This document shows, one piece after another, positions 30,248 through 39,848 of a DNA stretch of 64,000 bases (position 1 is its first letter; every line of letters starts with the position of its first letter). The notes under the pieces are model-generated. The model ran no database searches and was not told the origin of the DNA. It saw nothing but the letters and a program-made list of their open reading frames with translations. This DNA comes from Nannocystis radixulma. GTDB taxonomy: Bacteria > Myxococcota_A > Polyangia > Nannocystales > Nannocystaceae. The stretch covers positions 89,350 to 153,349 of the forward strand of contig NZ_JAQNDN010000024.1 in NCBI RefSeq assembly GCF_028369095.1. Direction: 5' to 3'. Position numbers and translations under genes: made by a program.

Positions 30248-32026
30248 TCAGGTCTGGTCGTCGTCTTCGAGCAGCTTGAGGCCGACGGCGAGCGCTTGCT
30301 GGGCGCGCTGGGCGGCGTCGCGGCGGCGGGCCAGCAGGGTCTCGGAGCGATCGAGCTGAGCGCCGAGCTCGTCGACCTGATGCTCGAGGCCGGCGATCCG
30401 ACGGTTGGCGTCGGCGGCCGCGTCCTCGGCCTGGGCGCGGCTGTCGGCGAGGGCACCTTGCAGCGCGCCGATCTCGCCGCGGGCGGTCTCCTCGGCCTGC
30501 GCCAGCGTCTGCTGCAGCTGCTGGATCTCCCGCCGCGCCGCCTCCTCGGTGGCGGCCAGCGTCTGGGTCAGCTGGCTGATCTGCAGGCGGGCGTTCTCCT
30601 CGGTCTCCATGATCGTCTGCGACACGCGCTCGCGCTCTTGTTGGGCCTGGTCGCGCAGGGTCGCGATCTGGCCGTGGAGCTGGTTGACGGTGGCGCGGTG
30701 GTCCTGCTCGTGGTCGTCGATCTCGGACTGGTGCTGGCGGGCCAGCGACTCGAGCGCGGCGACCCGCTCGATCTCCGCGTCGGCGAGGACGCGCTCCATC
30801 TCCTGGCGATGCTGCTCGAGCTGCGCCTCGAGGTCGGCGACGCTCTTGCGCGCGCCCTCGAAGCCGTCGACGAGGCTGGTGACCTGACCGCTGGACTCGA
30901 GCAGCTGCGCGTTCAGGCGCTCGCGCTCGGCCTCGAGCTCGGTGATGGCCACGGCCTGGCTCTCGACGCGCTGATGGGCCTCGGCGAGGGCGATGGCGGA
31001 TTTGTCGCGGTCCTGGGCGTTCTGGGCGCGGACGGCGGCGAACTCGGTCTCGGTGTCCTTGAGCTTCTTCTGCAGCACCTCGAGGCGGGTCTTGACGCCC
31101 TCCTCGCGCTTGAGCGCGGTCTGCTTGTCGCGCACGGAGGCCTCGACGGCCTCCCGCGACGACAGGATCTGCTCCTGGGCGGCGAGCACCTGGTTCTCGA
31201 GCTCGCTGATCTGGGCCTGCAGCTCGCGCTGGAGCTTCTTCGAGTCGAGGATGGTGCGCTCGCGCGACTCGAGCTCGTCCTTGAGGGTCAGGATCTCGCG
31301 GCTGCGCGCGTTGAGCTGGCTCTTGAGCTGCAGCACCTCGCGCTGGGCCTTGAAGCCGCCGGCGGCCATGGTGGCGTCGGACATCTCGGAGTCGGGCGGC
31401 GGGACGGCGCCAGAGCCCTCGCGCGGGAGGGCGCTCGAGGGCTCGTCCTGCAGGGCGCTGAAGCCACCCTCGAACTCCTGCTCGAACTGCTGCCGACTCT
31501 CGCCCGTGCGCGCGGGCGGGTCGCGCAGCTCGATCTCGAGGCGTTCTTTCGGGCGCGGGGAGCGGGCCGGCTTGGCGGGCGCGGCGGGCGGGTTCGCGCC
31601 CGAGCCGGGCCGCGCGCCGGGGCCGGGCGAGGCATCGGCGCCGGCTTTTGCCTCGCCGATCGGCAGGACGGGGCGGATCGCCGAGATCAGGCGGCCCTCG
31701 TCGAGCGGCAGGCGCAGGTAGTCGTCGGCGTGGGTCTTGAGGTTGCGGTGCTGCTCGAACACGTCCTCGCTGACGTTCGAGGAGTACATGATGAGCGGGA
31801 TCCGCTTGGTGTCCTCGTGGCGTCGCAGGCGGTTGCACACCGAGAAGCCGGAGGTCAGCGGCAGCTCGGCGCGCAAAAAGATGATGTCCGGCGCGGCCTG
31901 GCGCGCGACGTTGACAGCTTCAGGCCCGTTCTCGGTGATCGTGAACTCGAAGCCGTACGGGGCCAGGATGTTCTTGAGGGTGGCCGGGGTCTTGCCGTCC
32001 GCGTCGATGATCAGCGCTGAGTGCAC
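30248..32026 (-). CDS. FrzS/AglZ-like protein: N-terminal pseudo-receiver domain (Arg in place of the phospho-acceptor Asp) plus Pro-rich linker plus ~350-aa coiled coil
   Basis: ALIIDADGKT...PDIIFLRAELPLTSGF...IPLIMYSS. Then a long heptad-rich Q/E/A/L region. Start GTG at 32026 (alternative TTG at 32035); the long ORF to 32164 is probably overcalled. Confidence 0.7.
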   Translation of the reverse strand: MHSALIIDADGKTPATLKNILAPYGFEFTITENGPEAVNVARQAAPDIIFLRAELPLTSGFSVCNRLRRHEDTKRIPLIMYSSNVSEDVFEQHRNLKTHADDYLRLPLDEGRLISAIRPVLPIGEAKAGADASPGPGARPGSGANPPAAPAKPARSPRPKERLEIELRDPPARTGESRQQFEQEFEGGFSALQDEPSSALPREGSGAVPPPDSEMSDATMAAGGFKAQREVLQLKSQLNARSREILTLKDELESRERTILDSKKLQRELQAQISELENQVLAAQEQILSSREAVEASVRDKQTALKREEGVKTRLEVLQKKLKDTETEFAAVRAQNAQDRDKSAIALAEAHQRVESQAVAITELEAERERLNAQLLESSGQVTSLVDGFEGARKSVADLEAQLEQHRQEMERVLADAEIERVAALESLARQHQSEIDDHEQDHRATVNQLHGQIATLRDQAQQERERVSQTIMETEENARLQISQLTQTLAATEEAARREIQQLQQTLAQAEETARGEIGALQGALADSRAQAEDAAADANRRIAGLEHQVDELGAQLDRSETLLARRRDAAQRAQQALAVGLKLLEDDDQT

Positions 32027-32183
32027 GTGGCTCAAAATATCCGGCCTTGCTCGCTTCCACCAGGGGCGAGGGGCCGGTCCATGGGGCCCTGCATAACGAC
32101 GTTCGACGGGTCGGCGGCGCCGCCTGCGACGAGGCTCTTGCGACGACGATCGTCGCGCGGTCACCGCGAGGTGGGCGCCGGCT

Positions 32184-32561
32184 TCACGCGCTCACGGACA
32201 GGCACGCGGCGACGGCGGCGTGGACGCGGGCGGGGTCGAAGGGCACGTGCAAGTAGGCGGTGGCGCGGGTGCGCAGCTTGCTGTGGCCGTCGAAGACTTC
32301 GGGTGGGACCTCGGAGCCGTACAGGATGAGCGGGATCGCCCGGGTGTCGTCGTCGCGTCGCAGGCGGTTGCACACCGCGAAGCCGGAGGTGCCCGGCAGC
32401 TCGACGCGCAGCAGCACGAGCGCGGGCGCGTGGGCCCGCACCCACGCGACGGCCTCGCCGGGATCGACGAGCACCGCGGCCGGCAGCGAGCGGGCGGCGA
32501 GGATCGTCGCCAGGCGGATCGTCAGCCGCGCGTCGGCGTCGATGATGAGGGCGGACGCCAC
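32184..32561 (-). CDS. Stand-alone pseudo-receiver (CheY-like) domain protein, paralog of the FrzS-like N-terminus, also with Arg at the phospho-Asp position
   Basis: VASALIIDADARL...ALVLLRVELPGTSGFAVCNRLRRDDDTRAIPLILYGS. Start (GTG near 32561) is uncertain. The longer ORF to 32747 runs through a GGACA-repeat cluster. Confidence 0.5.
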   Translation of the reverse strand: MASALIIDADARLTIRLATILAARSLPAAVLVDPGEAVAWVRAHAPALVLLRVELPGTSGFAVCNRLRRDDDTRAIPLILYGSEVPPEVFDGHSKLRTRATAYLHVPFDPARVHAAVAACLSVSA

Positions 32562-32595
32562 CGCGCCGCACGGTACCACGCGACGCAGCGATCGA

Positions 32596-35145
32596 CTAGG
32601 CGCGCGAAGCCAGCAGGCACAGCGCGCCGTGGAGGTCGAGGTCGACCTCGACCTGCATGCCGGCGCGGATCTGGCCGCGCAGGATCGCGTCGGCCAGGAG
32701 CGCCTCGACGCTGCGCGTAAGGACATGTCGCAAGGGACGTGCCCCAAGAGACATGTCCTTTCCGCACAGCGAGACGACGTGGCGGGTGGCGGCCTCGGTG
32801 AGGCGGTAGCGGATGCCGCGCTCGCGCAGCAGGCGGTCGGAGGAGGCGCGGACCAGGCGGGCGCAGATCCGGGCCAGCTGCTCGCCGCCGAGCGGGTGGA
32901 GCACCAGCGGGGCCTCGATGCGGTTCCACAGCTCGACCGGGAAGGCGGCGCGGGCGGCCTCGAGCACGCGGGCCTCGTCGAGGCGGGCGTCGCCGGTGGC
33001 GTCGAGGCAGGTGGCGCCGAGGTTCGAGGTCATGATGATCGCGGCGTGGCGGAAGTCGATGGTGCGGCCGCGGCCGTCGGTGAGGCGGCCCTCGTCGAAC
33101 ACCTGCAGCAACAGCTGGTGGACGTCGCGGTGGGCCTTCTCGATCTCGTCGAGGAGGACGACGCAGTGCGGCTGCTTGAGCAGCGGGTCGGTCAGCGCGC
33201 CGCCCTGCTCGTGGCCGACGTAGCCGGGCGGGGCGCCGACGATCCGCGCGACCGCGTGGGCCTCGGCGTACTCGCTCATGTCGAGGCGGACGAACGCGTC
33301 GGGGCGGTCGAACAGGGCGCCGCACAGGGCCTTGGCGATCTCGGTCTTGCCGACGCCGCTGGGGCCGAGCAGGAGGACGGTGGCGATCGGGCGCTGCGAG
33401 CCGAAGCCGGCGCGGTTCCTGCGGATCAGCTGGGCGATGGCGGCGAGGGCGTGCTCGTGGCCGACGACCTTGCGCGCGAGCTCGGCCTCGAGCTCGAGCA
33501 TGTCCTGGTGGCCCTGGCCCTCGAGGCGCTCGCGCGGGACACCGCTGCGCTCGCAGACGATGTCGACCCAGGTGTCGCGCTGGACGGCGCCGCGGCCCTC
33601 GCGGGCGGTGCGGGCGCAGGCGAGGTCGAGCAGGTCGAGGCTGCGGCCGGGCTGGGCCAGGCCGGCGAGGAAGCGGTCGGACAGGCGCACGAGCTCGGCC
33701 AGGCGGCTACCTGACCCGAGAGACAGGCCGTGCTGGGCCAGCACCGCCGGCGCGGCGGCGGCCACGGCGGCGCGCAGGTCGTCGCCCTCGAGCGGCTGGA
33801 GGGTGACGAGGTCGAGGGCGGCGGTCAGGCCGGGGGCCCAGGCGCACAGGCGGGCCTGACCCTCGGGCGAGGCGACGGCGACGATCGGCGGCTGTCCCGA
33901 AGACCAGGCCTTGGCGAGGGCGCCGAGCAGCGCCGGCGGACCGTCGCCGCCGAGGCGGTCGAGGTCGTCGAGGATGGCGACGCCGCCCTGTTTGGCGATC
34001 GCAGCGAGGTCGGCGCGCAGGCCGTCCTCGTCCTCGTAGCGGGTCGCGGACAGGTAGAAGACCGGTTGGTGGAGCAGGCCGGCGAGGTGCTTGGCGACCA
34101 GCGTGCGGCCGCTGCCGGCCGGACCCACGAGCAGCGGCGGGCGCGGCGAGCGGCGCAGGACGGCGTCGGCGAGGCGCGCCAGCTCGCCCTCGCGGCCGTG
34201 CAGCGGCGGCAGGGCCGAGGGGTCGATCGGGCTCAGGCGGTGGCTGCGGGCCTCGGGCTGAGGCGCGGGGGCCGGGCGCGGCTCGGGCTCGCTGGCCGGC
34301 GCGACCTGGGCGTTGGGACCTGGCTTGAGGGACAGGGCCGACGGACGGCCGGGCTCGGGGCGGGCGGGCAGGCGCGGCTGGGTGCGGGTCGGGGCGCGCG
34401 TGAGCAGGCGCGGCGAATCGGACTGGTCTTCGGGCCAGGTGCGGGCGGCGTCGAGGCGGGCGCGGGCCGGATGGTCTTCGGGCCAGGTGCGGACGTCGGT
34501 CGGTCGAGGCGAGCGCGTGGCAGGCTGGCCTTCGGGCCAGGTGCGGGCGCCGCCGCGGGCGGGGCGGGGCTGGGCCTCGCTGGCGCCTGTCCGCGGGGAC
34601 ATGTCGCCCGTGCGACCGTCGGCGAGCGAGCGGCGGACGGGGCGCTCGCCGGCGGCGACGAGGGTGGACATGCGCTGGACGACGGGGCGCCGCGGCATGG
34701 CTGTCTCGGAGGACATGGCCGATGCGACATGGCGTGAGGGACCTGTCCCGGTGAGCGCGGCGGCCTCGAGCGCGCGCAGGCGGTCGATCAGCAGCTTGCG
34801 CAGGGTGCCGCAGGCGGCGCCGGCCCGCTCGAGCAGCTGGTAGGCGTGCGAGTCGGCGGAGCGGACGAGGGCGAGCAGGAGGTCGAGGTCGGGATCGGCG
34901 GCGCGACCCCCGCGCTGGGTGATCCGCAGGCGCCAGTCGGCCGGCTCGGTCTCGACCTCGGCGTGCAGCTCGTCGACGAGGGCGCGCAGGCGGGCGACGT
35001 CGAGGCCGTGCGCGGCCAGGACGCCCTGGACCGAGTCGGCGGCGCACAGCGAGAGCAGGAGCTCGCACGAGCAGCCGGCCCGCGGCCCGGCTTGCGAGGT
35101 TCGGCGCGAGCCGCTGCGCACGCCAGGCTCCGGGGATCCGATCAT
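32596..35145 (-). CDS. Atypical Clp/Hsp100-family AAA+ ATPase: single Clp-N repeat, ~250-aa disordered insert with RTWPED repeats, degenerate AAA-1, canonical AAA-2
   Basis: AAA-1 has Walker A GPAGSGRT and Walker B ILDDLD. AAA-2 has GPSGVGKTEIAKAL and VVLLDEIEKAH, and ...GARPLRHVL. Confidence 0.75.
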   Translation of the reverse strand: MIGSPEPGVRSGSRRTSQAGPRAGCSCELLLSLCAADSVQGVLAAHGLDVARLRALVDELHAEVETEPADWRLRITQRGGRAADPDLDLLLALVRSADSHAYQLLERAGAACGTLRKLLIDRLRALEAAALTGTGPSRHVASAMSSETAMPRRPVVQRMSTLVAAGERPVRRSLADGRTGDMSPRTGASEAQPRPARGGARTWPEGQPATRSPRPTDVRTWPEDHPARARLDAARTWPEDQSDSPRLLTRAPTRTQPRLPARPEPGRPSALSLKPGPNAQVAPASEPEPRPAPAPQPEARSHRLSPIDPSALPPLHGREGELARLADAVLRRSPRPPLLVGPAGSGRTLVAKHLAGLLHQPVFYLSATRYEDEDGLRADLAAIAKQGGVAILDDLDRLGGDGPPALLGALAKAWSSGQPPIVAVASPEGQARLCAWAPGLTAALDLVTLQPLEGDDLRAAVAAAAPAVLAQHGLSLGSGSRLAELVRLSDRFLAGLAQPGRSLDLLDLACARTAREGRGAVQRDTWVDIVCERSGVPRERLEGQGHQDMLELEAELARKVVGHEHALAAIAQLIRRNRAGFGSQRPIATVLLLGPSGVGKTEIAKALCGALFDRPDAFVRLDMSEYAEAHAVARIVGAPPGYVGHEQGGALTDPLLKQPHCVVLLDEIEKAHRDVHQLLLQVFDEGRLTDGRGRTIDFRHAAIIMTSNLGATCLDATGDARLDEARVLEAARAAFPVELWNRIEAPLVLHPLGGEQLARICARLVRASSDRLLRERGIRYRLTEAATRHVVSLCGKDMSLGARPLRHVLTRSVEALLADAILRGQIRAGMQVEVDLDLHGALCLLASRA

Positions 35146-35243
35146 GGAGCGAGACGCTACTCGCCGGACCGCGGACCGCCAAAAAACCGGCAGACGGGCG
35201 ACTTGCGGGGCCTGGGCGTTGTTCGCTACAAGGCCCGGGCGCC

Positions 35244-35579
35244 ATGCGAAGGTTTCAGATCCTCGTCTGCGACGGGCCGAGCTGCGGCATCACCCATGAG
35301 AGCGAGCGCCTGGTGACGCTGCTCAAGGCGGGGATCGCGGCCGACCCCGGGCTGAAGCCGCGCTGCCACGTGGTCGCCTACAACTGCTTCGGCCGCTGCA
35401 GCGAGGGGCCCAACGTGTTCGTGAGGCCGCTGGCCCCCGGCGAGAACGGGGACGTCGAGCCCCGCGACGTCAGCGGACGCGGGTTCTATCCGGGGGTGAC
35501 CGAGGAGAAGCTGCCGGTCATCCTCGAGCGCCACGCCGGCGAGGGCACGCCCGTGGCGGAGTGGGTCGAGGAGTACTGA
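35244..35579 (+). CDS. Thioredoxin-like [2Fe-2S] ferredoxin family protein
   Basis: MRRFQILVCDGPSCG...YNCFGRCSEGPNV Cys pattern. Confidence 0.65.
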   Translation: MRRFQILVCDGPSCGITHESERLVTLLKAGIAADPGLKPRCHVVAYNCFGRCSEGPNVFVRPLAPGENGDVEPRDVSGRGFYPGVTEEKLPVILERHAGEGTPVAEWVEEY

Positions 35580-35799
35580 GGCGCGCGAGAGCGCTCGTGG
35601 CGCGAGAACGCGCCAGGGCGACTTGGTCGCCAGCGCCAGCCGACGCTTCGGGCGGTGAGGGCGCGCGAGGCGCTGGCTGCTAGCGAGCGCGATCTTGCCG
35701 AGAATTGAGATGTTCTCATGGACATGTCTCATGAGACATCCGCGAGCGACCCGCCCGGGCTGGAGCCTCGGGCGGGCGATGCTCGGAGGCGAGGCGGGC

Positions 35800-36360
35800 T
35801 CAGCCGACGCTCTCGATCACCGGGGACCAGAACAGACAGTCGTCGCCTGGCTGCTCGCCGCGGGCCCAGCCGCCGAGCTTGCAGCTGTCGCCGCGGAGGA
35901 CGTCGATGGTGCGGACGAGGACGTCCATCGGCACGTCGCCCTCGGCGGTGATCGTGACGGTCGACTCGGCGGGGAACAGCTGCTTGAGATCGCGGGCGGC
36001 GGCGGCGAGGGCGGCGTAGTCGTAGTCGCCGCCGTTCAGGGGGATCGTGCCGGGGCCGGCGTCGGCACCGCCGGAGCGGGTGCGGAAGCCGTCGCGGCCG
36101 ATCGCCACCTTGAAGCCGAGCTCGGGCTGGCTGGGATCCTTCGGCCGCGCGGTCACGTCGCTGACGGTGCGCGGGACGGCGACCGAGATCTGGGCCATGC
36201 TGGCGAACTCCATCGCCAGGAGCAGGGCGGGGATCAGCAAGAACATGATGTTCATGACGGGCAGGAGGTCGGCTTGGACGGTGTCTTCCTCGGGCGGCTT
36301 GCGGGTGGGCACGGCGGGGTCCTCCGATGGCAGCGAATAGTCAGCTGGTGAAATGGACAT
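35800..36360 (-). CDS. ExbD/TolR-family biopolymer transport protein with C-terminal extension
   Basis: LLPVMNIMFLLIPALLLAMEF transmembrane motif typical of ExbD/TolR. Confidence 0.65.
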   Translation of the reverse strand: MSISPADYSLPSEDPAVPTRKPPEEDTVQADLLPVMNIMFLLIPALLLAMEFASMAQISVAVPRTVSDVTARPKDPSQPELGFKVAIGRDGFRTRSGGADAGPGTIPLNGGDYDYAALAAAARDLKQLFPAESTVTITAEGDVPMDVLVRTIDVLRGDSCKLGGWARGEQPGDDCLFWSPVIESVG

Positions 36361-36480
36361 GTCGCGACGGACATGTCGGCCGCCACCGGCCGCACGCGCG
36401 TCGCTCGGGAGCGGCAGACAGCGCCGCCCCGGCGAGGTTCCCGAGGAATATTCAGAGCCGTACGCGCGTGACCGCGAGCT

Positions 36481-36960
36481 TCAGGCGAGGCGGGCGATGA
36501 CGTCGGCGTGGGCCGGGTGGGCGCGGAGGAGCGCGTCGCGGTCGGCGAACTCGAGGTCGGCGAACTCGAAGCCCGGGGCGACGGTGCAGCCGACGAGCGC
36601 CCAGCCGCCCGGCCGCTCGACCTCGGCGCCGAACCACGCGCCGGCGGCCACCCACTGCTGCGGGGCCTCGCCGGCCGCGAGGTCGAGGCCGAGCCGCAGG
36701 ACGGCGTGACCCCGCGCGTCGAACACGTGGACCTGGAGCCCGTCGCCGGCGTGGAAGTGCCACAGCTCGTCGCTGCGGATCCGGTGCAGCCGCGAGCGCT
36801 CGCCGTGGCGCAGGAGGTAGTAGATCGCGGTCGAGGCGCTGCGCCGCTGGCCGTCGCGCTCGACGGCGAGCCCGGCCCGGTAGGTCTCGCGGTAGTGCCC
36901 GCCCTCCGGGTGCGGGACGAGGTGAAGCGCGTCGATCCAGTCCTGGGCGTCGTGCGGCAC
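36481..36960 (-). CDS. Cupin-fold protein (DUF985/cupin_5-like)
   Basis: ...LHLVPHPEGGHYRETYR... GTG start at 36960. The upstream part of the longer ORF is a GGACA-repeat cluster. Confidence 0.6.
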   Translation of the reverse strand: MPHDAQDWIDALHLVPHPEGGHYRETYRAGLAVERDGQRRSASTAIYYLLRHGERSRLHRIRSDELWHFHAGDGLQVHVFDARGHAVLRLGLDLAAGEAPQQWVAAGAWFGAEVERPGGWALVGCTVAPGFEFADLEFADRDALLRAHPAHADVIARLA

Positions 36961-37136
36961 GGACGGAGGGTAGCGCGTTTTGCCGCCGTCTCGGACGCAA
37001 AGCGAGCGGCTCGAGACGCGTGAGGCATCTTTGCCGGCCGAGCGGCGGGGGAGATGGCTTCGGTCGCTCAGGGCCAGCCGGGCGAGCCGGGTGGGCTGCG
37101 GTGGGGCGTCACGGCGGAGCAGGACGACCGCCGAAG

Positions 37137-37200
37137 CATGTCTTCGGGACATGTCCTTTCTACGCTGTCGCGGAAGTCATGTCCTCAAGAACATGTCCTC
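37137..37200. repeat. GGACA-family array (GCATGTCTTCGGGACATGTCC ... GTCATGTCCTCAAGAACATGTCC) in the ClC/cupin intergenic spacer
   Basis: Read directly. Confidence 0.8.
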
Positions 37201-39466
37201 AGGGTCGCATCGGCGGCGGCGTGACCGGCACGCCGGGATGGGTCGGGCCCATGCGCCGGGCGGCGAGGATCTGCTCGCGGGTGCCGACGATCGCCAGGAC
37301 GTCGTTGTGCTGCAGCGGGGCGTTGGGGTCGAGCGCCAGCGGGGCGTCGCCGCGCAGCCACTCGACCACGGTGGAGCCGGTCTGGGAGCGCAGGGCGAGG
37401 TCGGCGAGGGTGCGGCCGGCCCAGCGGCGGCCGACGACGATGTGATCGAGGATCATGCCCTTGCCGAGGCCGACCTCGTGGCCGTGGACGGCGCCGCCGG
37501 TGGTGTGCATGTGCACGGCCTCTTCCTGCTGGCCGAGCACCTTGTCGCTGTAGTGGGCGAGCAGGTCGCCGCGGCGGATGACGCCGACGAGCCGGCGCTC
37601 GTGGTCGACGACCGGCAGGACCTCGGTGGCGGCGCGCGCCGAGGCCAGCATCGCGCCGGCGAGGGTGTCGGTCGGGTAGAGGAGGGCGAGCTGGACGTCG
37701 GACATGAGGTCGCGCGCGGCGGCGTCGGCCGGGACGTCGCCGTGGAGGACGCGCTTGGCCAGCAGGTCGGCGTCGATGAAGCCGACCACGGCGCCGGTGT
37801 CGTCGACGACGAACGGCGAGCGGCCCTCGTCGAGGGCGACGCGCCGGACCTCGGCGGCGCCTGTCCCTTCGGACAGGGTGCGCGGGGGCGGGCGCATGAG
37901 GTCGGCGACGTGGCCGCGCTTCATGACCTCGACCTCGGCCTCGTGCCCGAGCACCACGCCCTGCTGGTGGAGGACCTCCTGGAACAGGCTGCGTGGCGAC
38001 ATGCGGCGGGCCACGAACACCGCGAGGATGCAGCCGAGCATCAGCGGGAGGATGAGCTGGTAGTCGCGGGTGAGCTCGAAGATCATCACGATCGGCGTCA
38101 GCGGGGCCTGCATCGTGGCGGCGAAGATCGCCCCCATGCCGACGAGCGCGTAGGCGGCGGTCGACTCGGCGGCGGGGCCGAGCGCGAAGTTGGCGAGCGC
38201 GCCGACGACGGTGCCGAGACAGGCGCCGATGTACAGCGAGGGCGTGAACACGCCGCCGAAGCCGCCGCTGCCGACGGTCAGCGCGGTGGCGACGATCTTG
38301 AGGCCGAGCAGCGCGAGCGCGAGCTGCCAGCCGAGATGCCCCTGCAGCGCCTCGTTGATGGTGGGGAGACCGCCGCCGAGGACGTCGTTGGAGACGACGG
38401 CGGCGAGCACACCGACGCCCAGGGCCCCGAGCGCCGGCTTGAGCAGGACGGGGGCCTTCAGCGTCTGGAACCACTTCGTCATGCCGATGACGGCCCGGCC
38501 CATGAGCGTGCCGAGCACCCCGGCGAGCGCGGCGAGGGCGACGAACAGGCCCATCTCGGCGAGCATGGCGTCGCCGTGCTGGACTGTCGCAAAGGTCAGG
38601 TGCTCGCCGCGGATCGCGTGCGAGGTGAAGGTGCCGGCGACCGCGGCGACGATCAGCGGCACGAACACCGACATGGTGCCGATGTTGCCGCCGATGGCGC
38701 CGCCGAACACGATCTCGACGGTGAACACGACGCCGGCCAGCGGGGCGTTGAAGGCCGCCGCGAGGCCGCCGGCGCAGCCGGCCCCGACCATCGCCAGGTG
38801 CCAGCGCATGCGCAGGCCGAAGAAGCGGGCCAGCACGCTGCCGACGGCGGCGCCGATGGCGACGCTCGGACCCTCGTGCCCGCACGAGCCGCCGCTGCCG
38901 ATCGTGATGCCGGTGCCGACGCCGGCGATGACGGCCTGGCGCCCGCGGATGGTGCCCTGCTTGCGCGCGATGGCCTCGATGACGGCGGGGATGCTCTGGA
39001 CCAGCGGTTGCTGGATGATCCGCCGCAGCACGAAGTGCAGGCCGCCGGCCGCGAGCCCGCCGAGCACCGGGACGCCGATGACCGCGGCCCAGCGGACCAG
39101 CGCGCTGCTCTCCTCGGGCCGCGGGAACAGGCGGAAGGCGTAGTCGATCCACGCCAGCAACGCACCGGCCGCGATCCCGCTGGTGGTGCCGACGACCGCG
39201 GCCATGACGATCAGGAACACGTGGTCGTCGCGCACGACCCGGGCCAGCTGCTGGCCCATGAGCAGGCCGAAGCGGGCCCACAGCCGCATCAGCACGGTGC
39301 CGTGCGGCAGCGCGTCGAAGAAGCCGGTCGCCTCGGCGCTGGCGATCCGGTGCGCGCCGGTCGGCCGCGTCGAGGTCGCACTGCCTGCCGCCGCGGCGGG
39401 GTCGGGGGGCGAACCTCGCGCGGCCTCTGAGGGCTCCGTCTCGGGCACGGAGGACGACGATAGCAA
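37199..39466 (-). CDS. ClC-family chloride channel/transporter with C-terminal CBS pair and TrkA-C-like domain
   Basis: GSGGSCGHEGP, GLAAAFNAPLAG, GGFGGVFTPSLYIGA signature segments. The true start may be internal (e.g. MRLWARFG near 39286). Confidence 0.85.
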   Translation of the reverse strand: MLSSSSVPETEPSEAARGSPPDPAAAAGSATSTRPTGAHRIASAEATGFFDALPHGTVLMRLWARFGLLMGQQLARVVRDDHVFLIVMAAVVGTTSGIAAGALLAWIDYAFRLFPRPEESSALVRWAAVIGVPVLGGLAAGGLHFVLRRIIQQPLVQSIPAVIEAIARKQGTIRGRQAVIAGVGTGITIGSGGSCGHEGPSVAIGAAVGSVLARFFGLRMRWHLAMVGAGCAGGLAAAFNAPLAGVVFTVEIVFGGAIGGNIGTMSVFVPLIVAAVAGTFTSHAIRGEHLTFATVQHGDAMLAEMGLFVALAALAGVLGTLMGRAVIGMTKWFQTLKAPVLLKPALGALGVGVLAAVVSNDVLGGGLPTINEALQGHLGWQLALALLGLKIVATALTVGSGGFGGVFTPSLYIGACLGTVVGALANFALGPAAESTAAYALVGMGAIFAATMQAPLTPIVMIFELTRDYQLILPLMLGCILAVFVARRMSPRSLFQEVLHQQGVVLGHEAEVEVMKRGHVADLMRPPPRTLSEGTGAAEVRRVALDEGRSPFVVDDTGAVVGFIDADLLAKRVLHGDVPADAAARDLMSDVQLALLYPTDTLAGAMLASARAATEVLPVVDHERRLVGVIRRGDLLAHYSDKVLGQQEEAVHMHTTGGAVHGHEVGLGKGMILDHIVVGRRWAGRTLADLALRSQTGSTVVEWLRGDAPLALDPNAPLQHNDVLAIVGTREQILAARRMGPTHPGVPVTPPPMRP

Positions 39467-39848
39467 AACCGTGCGCGAGCGGTGCGCCGGCTGGTCTTTG
39501 GGACAGGAGCGAAATGTGGGCCTGGCTCAAGGGGCAGGTCGCATCCGCGCGCGGAGGCGGCGAGAGGTCGCTCGAGGTCGATTCACCGCGGGGTGCTCCG
39601 CGGCAAGGAGTCGCTTAACGCCTGCACACGCTGCGGTCGATCCCGCCTCGCGGGCTCGACAATTCGGGAGACGCGAGGATGGTCGAGGCGATGGGCCGTG
39701 CCGCCGGCGCGAGCTTCGACCGCGCCGGGTCGCGCCGGTTGCAAGATCGGCAGGCGCTCACTTCGTGCGGCGCTGCGTGTGCGACAGCGACCCGTTCAGG
39801 CCGGGCGTGCCCGGCCAGGTCGCGTCGCTCGCGTCGCTCGGCAGGCGC

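Noticed and set aside
28528-32020. Long plus-strand ORFs (28528..30234, 30110..32020) antisense to hflX and the FrzS-like gene
   Set aside because: Compositional artefacts. The opposite frames carry GTPase and receiver motifs.
36980-39530. 816-aa plus-strand and 781-aa minus-strand ORFs overlapping the ClC gene
   Set aside because: Only the 37199..39466 frame shows ClC signatures. The others are Arg/Gly/Asp/Pro low-complexity.
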